Part shown: positions 28,174 through 37,873 of the stretch, piece after piece
How positions within the stretch are numbered: position 1 is the first letter of the stretch
How the letters are laid out: each line of letters opens with the position of its first letter
Source: Deltaproteobacteria bacterium
GTDB lineage: Bacteria > Desulfobacterota > Desulfarculia > Adiutricales > Adiutricaceae
NCBI GenBank assembly: GCA_031278835.1
Contig: JAITJP010000028.1
Coordinates: forward strand, 1 to 53,606
DNA: 53,606 bases
Direction: 5' to 3'
Position numbers and translations under genes: made by a program
Notes under the pieces: generated by a model
What the model was told of the DNA's origin: nothing
What the model saw: the letters and a program-made list of their open reading frames with translations, nothing else
Database searches by the model: none

Positions 28174-28211
28174 AGTTAACTTAGTTAGTTTTAGAACTAA
28201 CTAAGTTAACT
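28174..28211 (+). other. Perfect 17-bp-stem hairpin between tssC and tssE
   Basis: agttaacttagttagtt-ttag-aactaactaagttaact. It starts 12 nt after the tssC stop and ends 25 nt before the tssE ATG. No T-run follows. Confidence 0.7.
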
Positions 28212-28236
28212 CTGGCTTTGGACATGGACTAAGTAA

Positions 28237-28620
28237 ATGGGCGGCTCCCTTTTTGAAAGGTTAACCATGGGCTCCCAGGCCCAGGCCTTGGAGGAAAACG
28301 ATTCCATACGAAACCATCTGCTAAGGTTATTGACCACCAGGCAGGGGGCCGTTCAGACCCTGCCTGACTATGGGCTGCCCGACTTAAACCATCTGGGGCT
28401 CTCCAAAAGCGAGCTTTTGAGTGAATGTTGTCGGGTCATGGCCGAGGGCATCGAGCGTTACGAGCCCAGGCTGACCAAGGTTAGGGTGGAGGCCTTGCGG
28501 GAAAGCCAGGGGCCCATGACCTTGGTCTTTGCCATCTCGGGGCAAAAGGTCTCCGAGAACGGGGAGCTGTCACCTTGGCGTTGGGCCTTTAGCTTAGACA
28601 ACTTGAAGTTTAAGCCCTAG
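28237..28620 (+). CDS. tssE: T6SS baseplate protein TssE (gp25-like)
   Basis: 127 aa. SLFERL...IRNHLLRLLTTRQGAVQTLPDYGLPDL is the typical TssE/GPW_gp25 signature. Confidence 0.9.
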   Translation: MGGSLFERLTMGSQAQALEENDSIRNHLLRLLTTRQGAVQTLPDYGLPDLNHLGLSKSELLSECCRVMAEGIERYEPRLTKVRVEALRESQGPMTLVFAISGQKVSENGELSPWRWAFSLDNLKFKP

Positions 28621-28738
28621 CCAGTTAAAGGCCCAGATAATTTTTTCCCATTTTTTATGTTTTTTGGCTGGAGCCTGGGGCAATAAATTAAAAAAAAGGC
28701 CAGTATTTGGGGCTTTTTCAGGGGCTTTTATCGGGAAA

Positions 28739-30502
28739 ATGAGTTTTAACAAGTATTATCAGGACGAATTGGTGGCTTTGAGGGAACTGGGAGCCGAGTT
28801 TTCCAGGCGCAATCCCGGTTTGGCCCCGTTTTTGGCCACGCCCGGAAGGGATCCGGACGTGGAGCGGCTTTTGGAGGGTTTCGCTTTTTTGAGCGGCCGG
28901 CTTAGGCAAAAGTTAGACGATGAGCTGCCGGAAATCACCCACGCCCTTTTTAACCTACTTTGGCCAAACTATTTGCGTCCCGTGCCTTCGGCCAGTATTT
29001 TGCAATACCAGCCAGCCACCAGTTTGAGCTCAAACTTAAATATCCCCAAGGGCACCAAGGTTAGTTCAAAAACCGTTGAGGGTCTGGCCTGCACCTTTCA
29101 GACCGTTTACGGGGTGGAGGTGGCCCCATTAAAGCTAGTTGACTTGGAGTTTAGGGAGGATTCCGGGCGGCCGGTCTTGGGCCTAAGTTTTGAAACCCTT
29201 GGCCTGCCCTTGTCAAACTTTAGTCTGGATAAGCTTAGGTTTTTTCTGGCCGGAGAAGCCAGCCTAAGCACGATTTTGTATTTCATTTTTTTAAAAAAAG
29301 TCACCCAAATCCAAGCCAGCTTTGAGGAGGCCCAGGGCCAGGAGAAAACTTTCCTGACCTTGGGGCCTGAGGCCTTAAGCCCGGTGGGTTTTAAAGAATC
29401 CGAGGCCATGTATCTCTACCCGGCCAACACCTTTTCCGGTTATCGCCTGATGCAGGAATATTTCTGCTTTCCGGAAAAATTTCTCTTTGTTGAGCTAAGC
29501 GGTTTGGGGGAATTAAATAAAAAAATTCCCGAAAAATATAAAGATATTAAGTCATTTAAGTTACTTTTTAGTTTAAAAGAAAGGCCTGAGCAAGCTGAAA
29601 TAATTAAAAAAGATAATATTAAGTTATTTTGTACCCCGGTGGTTAATCTCTTTCCCCTGGACGCCACGCCCATCTTAATGGATCATCGTCAAACCGAGTA
29701 CCGGGTCGTCCCCGATCCCCGCAATCCTTACCATTACGCCGTTTATAACGTTGATAAGGTCAGTAGTTGGCTCCACGAAGCTAAAAAAGAAGTCGATTAT
29801 TTACCCTTTGAATCCTTTGAGCACGGCCAAGCTCCGGGTTCGGCCTCGGCTTTTTATCGACTCAGACTTAAGCCCTCGGTTCACGATCAAGCCACCGAGA
29901 CCTTCATTTCCGTGGTCCACCTGGACCGGGGCGCCCCGCTTAGGGAAACGGTTAGTTTGGAATTGACGGTCACCAATCGCTTGTTGGCCCAAAAGCTGGA
30001 AATGGGCGATATTTGTCGGCCCTCGGACAATAGCCCCGAGCAGGTCAGCTTTTCCAACATTACCCCGGTCAGCGGTTCCTACGCCCCGCCCCTGGAAAGC
30101 GACTTACTCTGGCGGCTTATTTCCAACATGTCTTTAAATTACATTCCCCTAATTGACATACAGGCTTTGAAAACCGTGATTTCGGCCTATGATTTTAGGG
30201 CTCTTCATGACAAGACCCGGGCCCGGGCCTTGGAACGGACCCTTAATGGCTTGGTGGCGGTGACTTCCTTTTCCACTGACCGGGTCTACCAGGGCTTGCC
30301 GCTTAGGGGTTCCAAAACCACGCTGACCTTAAACCTGGAAGCCTTTAACGGTGAGGGCGACCTGTATCTTTTTGGTTCGATAGTCAATGAATTTTTGGCT
30401 TTGTACGCCACGGTCAATAGCTTTCATGAGCTAGGGGTGACCGAAGAAAAAGGCGGGGAAACCTACAAATGGCCAGCCCGATTAGGCCTGATGAGCCTTT
30501 AG
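28739..30502 (+). CDS. tssF: T6SS baseplate protein TssF
   Basis: The canonical start MSFNKYYQDELVALRELGAEFSRRNPGLAPFL. ATG at 28739 lies inside track ORF 28664..30502. Confidence 0.9.
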   Translation: MSFNKYYQDELVALRELGAEFSRRNPGLAPFLATPGRDPDVERLLEGFAFLSGRLRQKLDDELPEITHALFNLLWPNYLRPVPSASILQYQPATSLSSNLNIPKGTKVSSKTVEGLACTFQTVYGVEVAPLKLVDLEFREDSGRPVLGLSFETLGLPLSNFSLDKLRFFLAGEASLSTILYFIFLKKVTQIQASFEEAQGQEKTFLTLGPEALSPVGFKESEAMYLYPANTFSGYRLMQEYFCFPEKFLFVELSGLGELNKKIPEKYKDIKSFKLLFSLKERPEQAEIIKKDNIKLFCTPVVNLFPLDATPILMDHRQTEYRVVPDPRNPYHYAVYNVDKVSSWLHEAKKEVDYLPFESFEHGQAPGSASAFYRLRLKPSVHDQATETFISVVHLDRGAPLRETVSLELTVTNRLLAQKLEMGDICRPSDNSPEQVSFSNITPVSGSYAPPLESDLLWRLISNMSLNYIPLIDIQALKTVISAYDFRALHDKTRARALERTLNGLVAVTSFSTDRVYQGLPLRGSKTTLTLNLEAFNGEGDLYLFGSIVNEFLALYATVNSFHELGVTEEKGGETYKWPARLGLMSL

Positions 30503-31503
30503 ACCAGTTTTTGGATGAGCAGGGCAGGCGGCTCAAAGAAGCCCTGACCGAGAACCCGGGCAGTTTTAGCCTGGCCCAGGCCGTCACTCTTAGTCAGAGC
30601 TTGATTAACTCGTTTTTTGGCTCTGGCTCAAAAAATAGCCCGCGCTACCGGGTTAACCCGTCTTTGAGTTTTCCGCCCCACGACTTGGCCGCTCTGGATT
30701 TTGAAAACACCGACAGCGGGCTTAGGACCCTAATCACCCTAAACCTGATGGGCTTGCATGGAGCGGCATCGCCCATCCCGGCTTATTTCACCGAGTACGT
30801 GGCCCAGCATCAAGACGAAAAATGCCTTTTAAGGGATTTTCTCGATATCTTTAACCACCATTTGGTCGATTTACTCTGCCAATCTTGGCTAAAGTATCGC
30901 TACCATCTACGTTTTAGGCCCCAGGCCAGCGATAGTCTCTCCAATCGGTTTTTTAGCTTCATGGGCTTGGGTCACCCGACTTTGCGGGAAAACGGCCAGC
31001 TAGATCCGGTCAGGCTCATGGCTTACATGGGTCTAATCGCTTTTAGCGGTGAATCGGCCGGATCTCTGGAGAGCATTTTACGCCATTACTTTTCCCACCG
31101 AGAAGTTCACCTGATTTTGTGCGTGCGCCGCCAAGTGCCCATCCCAGACGATCAAAAATCCTCCCTGGGCCTGGCCAACAGTACTTTGGCCGACGATTGC
31201 CTTTTGGGAGAACAGGTATGCGATCAAAGTGGCAAGTTTCGTATCGTCATAGAAAACCTAAACTGGCTGGCCTTTAATGGCTTTCTGCCCTGCGGTCAAA
31301 CCTTTCCCCGCCTCAAATCGCTGATTCGCTTTGTCATGCGCTCGCAACTAAGCTTCGATTTGGAACTGCGCCTAAGGCCCCAAGACATTCCGGCCCTAAT
31401 CATCAGCCAATCGGCCCAGTGCCGTTTGGGCTGGTCAACTTGGCTAGGTAACGGCGGCGACGGCCTGGTCCTCTTGGAAACCGATAGCCTTTACTATCAC
31501 TAG
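30469..31503 (+). CDS. tssG: T6SS baseplate protein TssG
   Basis: 344 aa. It overlaps the tssF end by 34 nt. Position and size match TssG; GLHGAASPIPAYFTEY is TssG-like. Confidence 0.85.
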   Translation: MASPIRPDEPLDQFLDEQGRRLKEALTENPGSFSLAQAVTLSQSLINSFFGSGSKNSPRYRVNPSLSFPPHDLAALDFENTDSGLRTLITLNLMGLHGAASPIPAYFTEYVAQHQDEKCLLRDFLDIFNHHLVDLLCQSWLKYRYHLRFRPQASDSLSNRFFSFMGLGHPTLRENGQLDPVRLMAYMGLIAFSGESAGSLESILRHYFSHREVHLILCVRRQVPIPDDQKSSLGLANSTLADDCLLGEQVCDQSGKFRIVIENLNWLAFNGFLPCGQTFPRLKSLIRFVMRSQLSFDLELRLRPQDIPALIISQSAQCRLGWSTWLGNGGDGLVLLETDSLYYH

Positions 31504-31575
31504 CCAAAACTCTAGTCCCCTGGCCCAGGCCCCTAGGTTAGGGGACTTGGCCAAGGCAGATGGTGCTTAAAAGTC

Positions 31576-34245
31576 ATGCTTAACATGAACCTGGGCTCCT
31601 TGGTGGCCGCCCTAGATGAGACGGCCCGTTCCTGCTTGGAAGGGGCGGCCGAGAGCTGTCTTAGTCGGGGCGGCCAAGAAATAGGCCTTGAGGATTTTTT
31701 TGAAAAAATTCAGTTAACCAAGCCTTTTGAGGACATCTGCCTTCAATTTGAGATAAACCTCGATAAGGTTAGAGAACTTTTGGAAAAAGGTCGAAAAAGG
31801 GCTGGAAAGTATACTGGAAGGCCGGTCTTTTCCGTTCTTTTGGTTGAGTTTCTTCAAGAGGCTTATCTCTTGACTACTTTAGAGCTAAAGGCCGGACAAA
31901 TTGAGGTGGGCTTTTTGGTTTTGGCCTTATTGTCAAACCCCTTACGCTATAGCCTGATGCCCTTTTTTCAAGAACTGGCCAAAATCTCGCCCGAAAAATT
32001 GCGGGCCTTATTGGAAGGCGGCCTGGAGGAAAGCTCTCCCAGGCCAAAGCCAGCCGGGCCCGGCCAGGCTGGGGGTTTTTTGGCCCAATTCGCCATTGAT
32101 TTTACCCAGGAGGCCAAAAACGGCTCAATTGATCCGGTTTTCGCCCGCGGGCCGGCCCTTCGCCAAGTCATCGACATCCTGACCAGGCGCCGTAAAAACA
32201 ATCCCATCTTGGTGGGCGATCCCGGGGTGGGCAAAACGGCCCTGGCCGAGGGCTTGGCCTTAAAAATAGCCCAAGACGACGTGCCCGAGGTCTTACGGAA
32301 GGTGCGTTTGATTGGCTTAGATATGGGCCGTTTGGCCGCCGGGGCCGGCCTCAAGGGCGAGTTTGAAAGAAGGCTCAAAGGGGTAATCGATGAGGTCAAA
32401 GCCTCGCCCGTCCCGACCATCGTTTTTATCGACGAGGCCCACAGCCTCATCGGGGCCGGCAATAGCCCGGGTATGGGCGATGGGGCCAATCTCCTAAAAC
32501 CGGCCCTGGCCCGGGGCGAACTAAGAACCCTGGCCGCCACCACCTGGAGCGAGTACAAAAAATACTTTGAAAAGGACGCCGCCCTGGCCAGACGTTTTCA
32601 GCTGGTTAAACTAGAGGAACCCAGTCCCCAGGAGACCATGACCATCCTCCGAGGTCTGGTGCCCAGCTATGAAAAAAGTCACCAAGTTTACGTCAAAGAC
32701 CAGGCCATCGTCAGTATCGCCCAACTCTCGGCTCGCTACATCAGCGGGCGCTATCTGCCCGACAAGGCCATAGACGTCCTCGATACCGTCTGCGCCCGGG
32801 TTAAGGTCAGCCTGGGGGCCAAACCCGCCGCCCTGGAAGCCCTCGAAGAAGAACTGGCCGCCACCAAAAGGGCCCTAACCGCCCTGGAAAGAGACGGCCT
32901 TTACGACCCAGGGCCGCCGGCCCCAAGCCCCGCGGAAAATTTGCCTAGCCTAAGGGCCAAAATGGCCGCTCTAAAGCAAGCCCGAGACGACCTGGAGCGG
33001 CGCTGGCGTAAGGAACTCGACTTGGCCCAGGAGATTATAAAACTAGGCCATCAGCTTACCGGCCCTTTTCCGCCCAAGCTGGCCCCAGCCGAGGGCCAGC
33101 TTGAAGAAAAAGCCAGCCTTCCAGAAATTGAGTCCGAGGATTTTGCCTCGGCCGGCCTTGGCTCGGCCGACGAGGCCAGGGCCAAACTAAGGGAGTTACG
33201 GGAAAGTTTGGAGGCCATTAGGCAGGGCTCGCCACTGGTTTTTTATGAAGTCGATGTGCCCTTGGTTATTGAGCTTATTTCCGAGTGGACCGGCCTGCCC
33301 AGGGAAAAACTGCTGGGCCAGGCCCAGGGCCTTGAAGATTTTGGCCAAAGGCTTAGGAAACGCATCCGCGGCCAGGAAATGGCCCTAAGGACCATCGAAA
33401 AGACGGTCATGACCGTTTTTAGCGGCCTGGAAAATCCCAATAGGCCCAACGGGGTGTTTTTGCTGGTCGGGCCCAGCGGGGTGGGCAAAACCGAGACGGC
33501 CTTGGCCGTGGCCGAGGAGCTTTTTGGCGGCGAGCGTTTTCTAATAAGCCTAAACATGTCCGAGTTTCAAGAAAAGCACACGGCTTCCCGCTTAATTGGC
33601 TCTCCCCCGGGATACGTTGGCTACGGCGAGGGCGGCCGTCTGACCGAGGCGGTGCGGCGTCAGCCCTATTCGGCCGTGCTTTTCGATGAAGTGGAAAAAG
33701 CCCATCCGGACATCCTAAACCTTTTTTACCAAATCTTTGACAAAGGCCTCTTGGCCGACGGCGAGGGCCGTGAGGTTGACTTTAAAAACTCCATGATTTT
33801 TATGACCTCAAATCTGGGCGGGGATATCATTGCCGCCCTTTACGAGGAGGGCCAGCCCAGCGAAAAAGTTTTGGATGAGGCCCTAAGACCAATACTCAAT
33901 CAATTTTTTAAGCCGGCCCTACTGGGCCGCTTAACCGTGGTGCCCTACGCCCCCATGGCCAAGGACATTTTAAGGGAATTAGTGGAAATTAGGTTAGCGG
34001 CCCTTCGAGAACGCTTTTGGCAAAGGCGGGCCTTAAATCTCCTCTGGAGCCCAACGGTCATAGACAGCCTGGTGGAAAGTTGTCAGGCCGTGGAAAGCGG
34101 GGCCCGTAATATTGACCGGGTTTTAAACAGCTCCCTATTGCCCAATCTCTCCATCTTGGCCCTAGGCGGCCTTAACCAGGGCCTCAGCCAGGTGGAAATT
34201 GACCTGGACCAAAGCCTCGGCACTTTTTCTTTCAAAACTTCCTAA
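31576..34245 (+). CDS. tssH: T6SS AAA+ ATPase ClpV
   Basis: Two Walker A boxes (GDPGVGKTALAEG and GPSGVGKTETALA). Clp N-domain. 889 aa. Confidence 0.95.
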   Translation: MLNMNLGSLVAALDETARSCLEGAAESCLSRGGQEIGLEDFFEKIQLTKPFEDICLQFEINLDKVRELLEKGRKRAGKYTGRPVFSVLLVEFLQEAYLLTTLELKAGQIEVGFLVLALLSNPLRYSLMPFFQELAKISPEKLRALLEGGLEESSPRPKPAGPGQAGGFLAQFAIDFTQEAKNGSIDPVFARGPALRQVIDILTRRRKNNPILVGDPGVGKTALAEGLALKIAQDDVPEVLRKVRLIGLDMGRLAAGAGLKGEFERRLKGVIDEVKASPVPTIVFIDEAHSLIGAGNSPGMGDGANLLKPALARGELRTLAATTWSEYKKYFEKDAALARRFQLVKLEEPSPQETMTILRGLVPSYEKSHQVYVKDQAIVSIAQLSARYISGRYLPDKAIDVLDTVCARVKVSLGAKPAALEALEEELAATKRALTALERDGLYDPGPPAPSPAENLPSLRAKMAALKQARDDLERRWRKELDLAQEIIKLGHQLTGPFPPKLAPAEGQLEEKASLPEIESEDFASAGLGSADEARAKLRELRESLEAIRQGSPLVFYEVDVPLVIELISEWTGLPREKLLGQAQGLEDFGQRLRKRIRGQEMALRTIEKTVMTVFSGLENPNRPNGVFLLVGPSGVGKTETALAVAEELFGGERFLISLNMSEFQEKHTASRLIGSPPGYVGYGEGGRLTEAVRRQPYSAVLFDEVEKAHPDILNLFYQIFDKGLLADGEGREVDFKNSMIFMTSNLGGDIIAALYEEGQPSEKVLDEALRPILNQFFKPALLGRLTVVPYAPMAKDILRELVEIRLAALRERFWQRRALNLLWSPTVIDSLVESCQAVESGARNIDRVLNSSLLPNLSILALGGLNQGLSQVEIDLDQSLGTFSFKTS

Positions 34246-34307
34246 AAAAGACTTAATTAAATAAAAATTCTTTTATTTTTTTAAGTTAATTTAAAAAAAT
34301 CTTAGCT

Positions 34308-35660
34308 ATGGAAATATTATTCGAAATCATAAGTCACCATAAATTTTTCCCCCAGGGTAGGATCTCCCATATTTTTAACGAAAGCGGAGGTTACATTGGC
34401 CGTTCCAACGAGTCTGACTGGGTTTTGCCGGATCGTTTTCGAGAGATCTCCCGTAAACACGCCCTAATTAGCTGCGATGGTAAGAATTTTTTCCTGGAGG
34501 ATTTAAGTTCCAATGGGGTTATGTCCACCTTGACCCAGGAAATGGTCGGGGCCGGCCAAAGACACCTAATCCAGCACGGCGATTCTTTCCAGCTGGGCCA
34601 GTTCGTCATCCAAGCCAGGCTGCTGAGAAACCCCAATTCCTACTTGCCGGTTGATTTGGAGGGCACGGTTATTGAAAACGACCAAGACCTTGACCCCCTG
34701 GTGGCCATGGAGCGCCAAGAACTTCGAGAAGTAAGAGATGGCCTGGGCTTTTACGACGACTTGGTGGCCCCAAAAAACTCCCAGCCCCCCAGCTATGCCG
34801 ATAGCCTGCCCGATCATAACCAGGCCGAGCTAAACGCCATGCTCAGCGTCCGGGGCATCCCCGAGGACTGGGAGGCCGACCAGCCAGACCTGGTGGCTCT
34901 TGGTCTGGAGCCCCGGGCCCAGGAGCCAGAGCTTTGGCTCCACTCGCCCCAGGACAATTCCGGCCCGGCCTCTGGCCCCCAGGCGGCGACGCCGGTCATT
35001 GACTTTATCCCAGGCCAGGGGCCGGGGGCCCAAAACAGTGGGCCCAGACTGGCCCCTGACTTTGAGCCCAGTAGTGAAGTTGATTTGTTTTTTAAGACCC
35101 TGGGAGTGGACCTGGAGGGGGCCAGTTCCGAGGAGCGTAAAAAATTACTTATTTTGGCGGCCGAACTTTTGCGGGCCTCAATTGACGGCCTGACCAGTTC
35201 GCTTCAAAATCGGGCGGCCAGTCAAAAAGAACTGCGCTTGCCCATAACCACCATTGAAGTTTCTGGCAATAACCCTTTAAAGTTTGCCCCAAGTCTTCAA
35301 ACGGCCTTAAACCATCTGTTTTTTAAGCCATGGCCAGAGGCCCTCTCGCCTCAGGAGTCCATCGCCCAGGCCTTTAATGATTTACACTCCCATCACCTGG
35401 GTATACTGGCCGGGGCCCGGGCGGTCACGGCCGCCTTACTGAATAAGTTAGCCCCGGCCAAGGTCCAAGAACGCCTGGAAACCACTGGCTCCTTTAAGCT
35501 AAACAAAGAAGTTAAGTTATGGAAGACTTACACAAAACTTCATGTGGAAATATCCGAATCAGAGGCCTTGGCTGATTTCTTTTCGCGCGATTTTGCCAGA
35601 GCCTATGAAAGGCAGGTCCGCCTCCTAAAACCGGTTAAATCCGGGCCTCGAGAGGGCTAA
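34308..35660 (+). CDS. tagH: T6SS-associated FHA-domain protein (TagH/Fha1-like)
   Basis: N-terminal FHA (GRSNESDWVLPD...ISRKHALISCDGKNFFLEDLSSNGV). Pro/Gln-rich linker. TagH-type C-terminal domain. Confidence 0.85.
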   Translation: MEILFEIISHHKFFPQGRISHIFNESGGYIGRSNESDWVLPDRFREISRKHALISCDGKNFFLEDLSSNGVMSTLTQEMVGAGQRHLIQHGDSFQLGQFVIQARLLRNPNSYLPVDLEGTVIENDQDLDPLVAMERQELREVRDGLGFYDDLVAPKNSQPPSYADSLPDHNQAELNAMLSVRGIPEDWEADQPDLVALGLEPRAQEPELWLHSPQDNSGPASGPQAATPVIDFIPGQGPGAQNSGPRLAPDFEPSSEVDLFFKTLGVDLEGASSEERKKLLILAAELLRASIDGLTSSLQNRAASQKELRLPITTIEVSGNNPLKFAPSLQTALNHLFFKPWPEALSPQESIAQAFNDLHSHHLGILAGARAVTAALLNKLAPAKVQERLETTGSFKLNKEVKLWKTYTKLHVEISESEALADFFSRDFARAYERQVRLLKPVKSGPREG

Positions 35661-35665
35661 GAATA

Positions 35666-36421
35666 ATGCCGCTTTTATTTTTTTTCCAAAAATCATTTTT
35701 GACCAGAAGCCTGGTTGGGCTTTGGCTGGCCTTAATGGCCGGCCTGGCCTTGTCACTGTCCGGTTGCGGCGGCCCCTCTCTGACTTTGGTCATGGCCGGC
35801 TTACCTAACGCCAATCCGGACGCCACCGGACGGCCCTCTCCGGTCATCATCCAAATGTACGAACTAAGATCCGATTTGCTCTTTAAGCAAGCCGAAATGG
35901 TCCCCTTGTTTAGCGACCCCACCGGGGTTTTGGGGGCCGATCTGGTGGCCTTGGATGAGCTGACCGTTTTGCCGGCCACGGCTTACACCATTGAGTATGA
36001 ACCGGCCCCCGAGACCAAGTTTATTGGGGTCATGGCCAGTTTTAGGCAATCGGCCGGAAAGGGCCCCTGGAAAATCATCGTGCCCATTGACCCCCAAGAC
36101 CAAACCACCCTGGCTATTGAACTAAACTCATCGAGTTTGATTTTAATCCCCCCTGATAAGGCCAAAAAATGGGATCCGGCCCAGGCCCTGGCCAGTTACC
36201 GAGAAAGCTCCCGGGGCACCTCGGTTAGCCCGCCCTTGATGGGCGGCCCAAGCCAGGCCGAATCGGCTGCAGCTTTGGCCGAAACGGACTCAGAGAATTT
36301 ACCCGAGGCCAGCGCTTCCAGGGTTTTTGACTACCCGCCCGGGCCTTCGCTGGAAAAGGCCACCGAGACTTTAGAGCCCAGCCAGGCCCTTAAAAAAGTC
36401 GAGAGCCTGGTCAGTCAGTAA
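35666..36421 (+). CDS. tssJ: T6SS outer-membrane lipoprotein TssJ with a Ser/Pro/Ala/Glu-rich C-terminal extension
   Basis: The lipobox LSLSGC follows a hydrophobic leader. The SciN-like core is RPSPVIIQMYELRSDLLF. About 90 extra C-terminal residues. Confidence 0.8.
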   Translation: MPLLFFFQKSFLTRSLVGLWLALMAGLALSLSGCGGPSLTLVMAGLPNANPDATGRPSPVIIQMYELRSDLLFKQAEMVPLFSDPTGVLGADLVALDELTVLPATAYTIEYEPAPETKFIGVMASFRQSAGKGPWKIIVPIDPQDQTTLAIELNSSSLILIPPDKAKKWDPAQALASYRESSRGTSVSPPLMGGPSQAESAAALAETDSENLPEASASRVFDYPPGPSLEKATETLEPSQALKKVESLVSQ

Positions 36422-36487
36422 AAAAAAAGAAAAAAAAGCGCCCAGCCCATTGGGCTTATGATTTAAACATCATTTAAGTGGTAAATA

Positions 36488-37819
36488 ATGCTCCCAGAAA
36501 AAGTGGTTTGGTCGGAAGGCATGATGCTAAGGCCGCAGCATTTTCAACAACAGGATCGCTATTTGGCGGCCCAGATCCAAAGGCGCGGGCTTTTACTGTC
36601 TCATTATCCCTGGGGACTAAGCGAGTTTGAAATCGACCAGCAGTATTTAAGTTTAGGCAAACTGGTCTTGAGCCGAGCGGCCGGGCTCTTACCGGACGGA
36701 ACCCTTTTTGAAACCGGCCGGGGCCGAGAATTATTAAGCTTGGATATTCCCTCGGGCCTTAGTAATCAATTGATTTATTTGGTTTTGCCCTTGTCGCCTG
36801 AGGGCTCCTCTGAAACCAGCCCCGAGGGTGAGGCCGGTTTGGCCACCAAGTATTTGAGCCATCCCCTGGAGGTTTATGACAGTAATATTGGCCAGACCAG
36901 AAATTTTACCATCATGTGCGGGGCCCTGGCTTTGAGACTGGTTTTGGAAAGTGAATTAAAGCTCGAGGGCTGTTTGGCCATGCCAATAGCCAAACTGGTG
37001 GAAAGCAAGGCCGACCGAAGCCTGGTTTTGGACCAGGCCTTCCAGCCCACCTATTTGCGCTTATCGGCCTGCGATTTATTTTCCGGCTATTTGCGGGAAA
37101 TAATCGGGCTTCTTGCCCACCGGGGCAGTCAGCTTTCCTTAAAAGTGGCCGGGGCCGGGCCCAGCGGGGCGGCCGAGATAGCCGATTTTTTGCTATTGCA
37201 AACCATCAATCGTCTGGAGCCTTTCTTTAAGCACCTGGAAAAGGCCGTAAACGTACACCCCGAGGAATTTTATCTTAATCTCTTGGTTTTGATTGGCGAA
37301 TTGTCCACCTTTGCCGAGAGCGCCAAGCGGCCCAAAGAATCTCCGGCCTATGACCACCTAAGGCAGGAAGCGGTCCTGACCGCCCTAATGGAGCAGGCCC
37401 GCTATCTCTTGAGCATGGTTTTGGAACAGCACTCAGTCGAGTTGCCGCTCCAGAAAAGAAAATACGACATCTTGGTGGCCACCATCCACGATCGAAGCTT
37501 ACTGACCACGGCCACTTTCGTGGTCTCGGCCCAAGCCGACCTAGCCCAGGAGACCTTGCGATCGTCCTTACCCAAGCAGCTAAAAATCGGCCCGGTTGAG
37601 CGCATTAGGCAGTTAATCAATCTCCATCTGCCCGGCATAAACCTTAGGCCCTTACCGGTGGCCCCCAGACAGATTCCTTTTCACGCTGACAAGACTTACT
37701 TCCGTTTGGAGATTACTTCCGAAGAACTTTCGCAGTTGGAACTCTCCGGCGGCTTTGCCTTTTTTGTCTCCGGGACCTTCCCGGGGCTAAAACTGCGCTT
37801 TTGGGCCATTAAAGAATAA
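36488..37819 (+). CDS. tssK: T6SS baseplate protein TssK
   Basis: The canonical N-terminus KVVWSEGMMLRPQHFQQQDRYL. 443 aa. Confidence 0.95.
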   Translation: MLPEKVVWSEGMMLRPQHFQQQDRYLAAQIQRRGLLLSHYPWGLSEFEIDQQYLSLGKLVLSRAAGLLPDGTLFETGRGRELLSLDIPSGLSNQLIYLVLPLSPEGSSETSPEGEAGLATKYLSHPLEVYDSNIGQTRNFTIMCGALALRLVLESELKLEGCLAMPIAKLVESKADRSLVLDQAFQPTYLRLSACDLFSGYLREIIGLLAHRGSQLSLKVAGAGPSGAAEIADFLLLQTINRLEPFFKHLEKAVNVHPEEFYLNLLVLIGELSTFAESAKRPKESPAYDHLRQEAVLTALMEQARYLLSMVLEQHSVELPLQKRKYDILVATIHDRSLLTTATFVVSAQADLAQETLRSSLPKQLKIGPVERIRQLINLHLPGINLRPLPVAPRQIPFHADKTYFRLEITSEELSQLELSGGFAFFVSGTFPGLKLRFWAIKE

Positions 37820-37873
37820 ACCAAGCCCAGGCCCCCGAGGGGCCCGGGCTTAGGCAAGGCCCGGACAGGAGCC

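Noticed and set aside
31968-32558. 196-aa antisense ORF inside clpV, and similar ones inside vgrG (47707..48318), tssM, tagH, lptD, folC and the effector
   Set aside because: All lie opposite strongly supported genes. Their compositions are Arg/Pro/Ser-rich and they have no start-site context.
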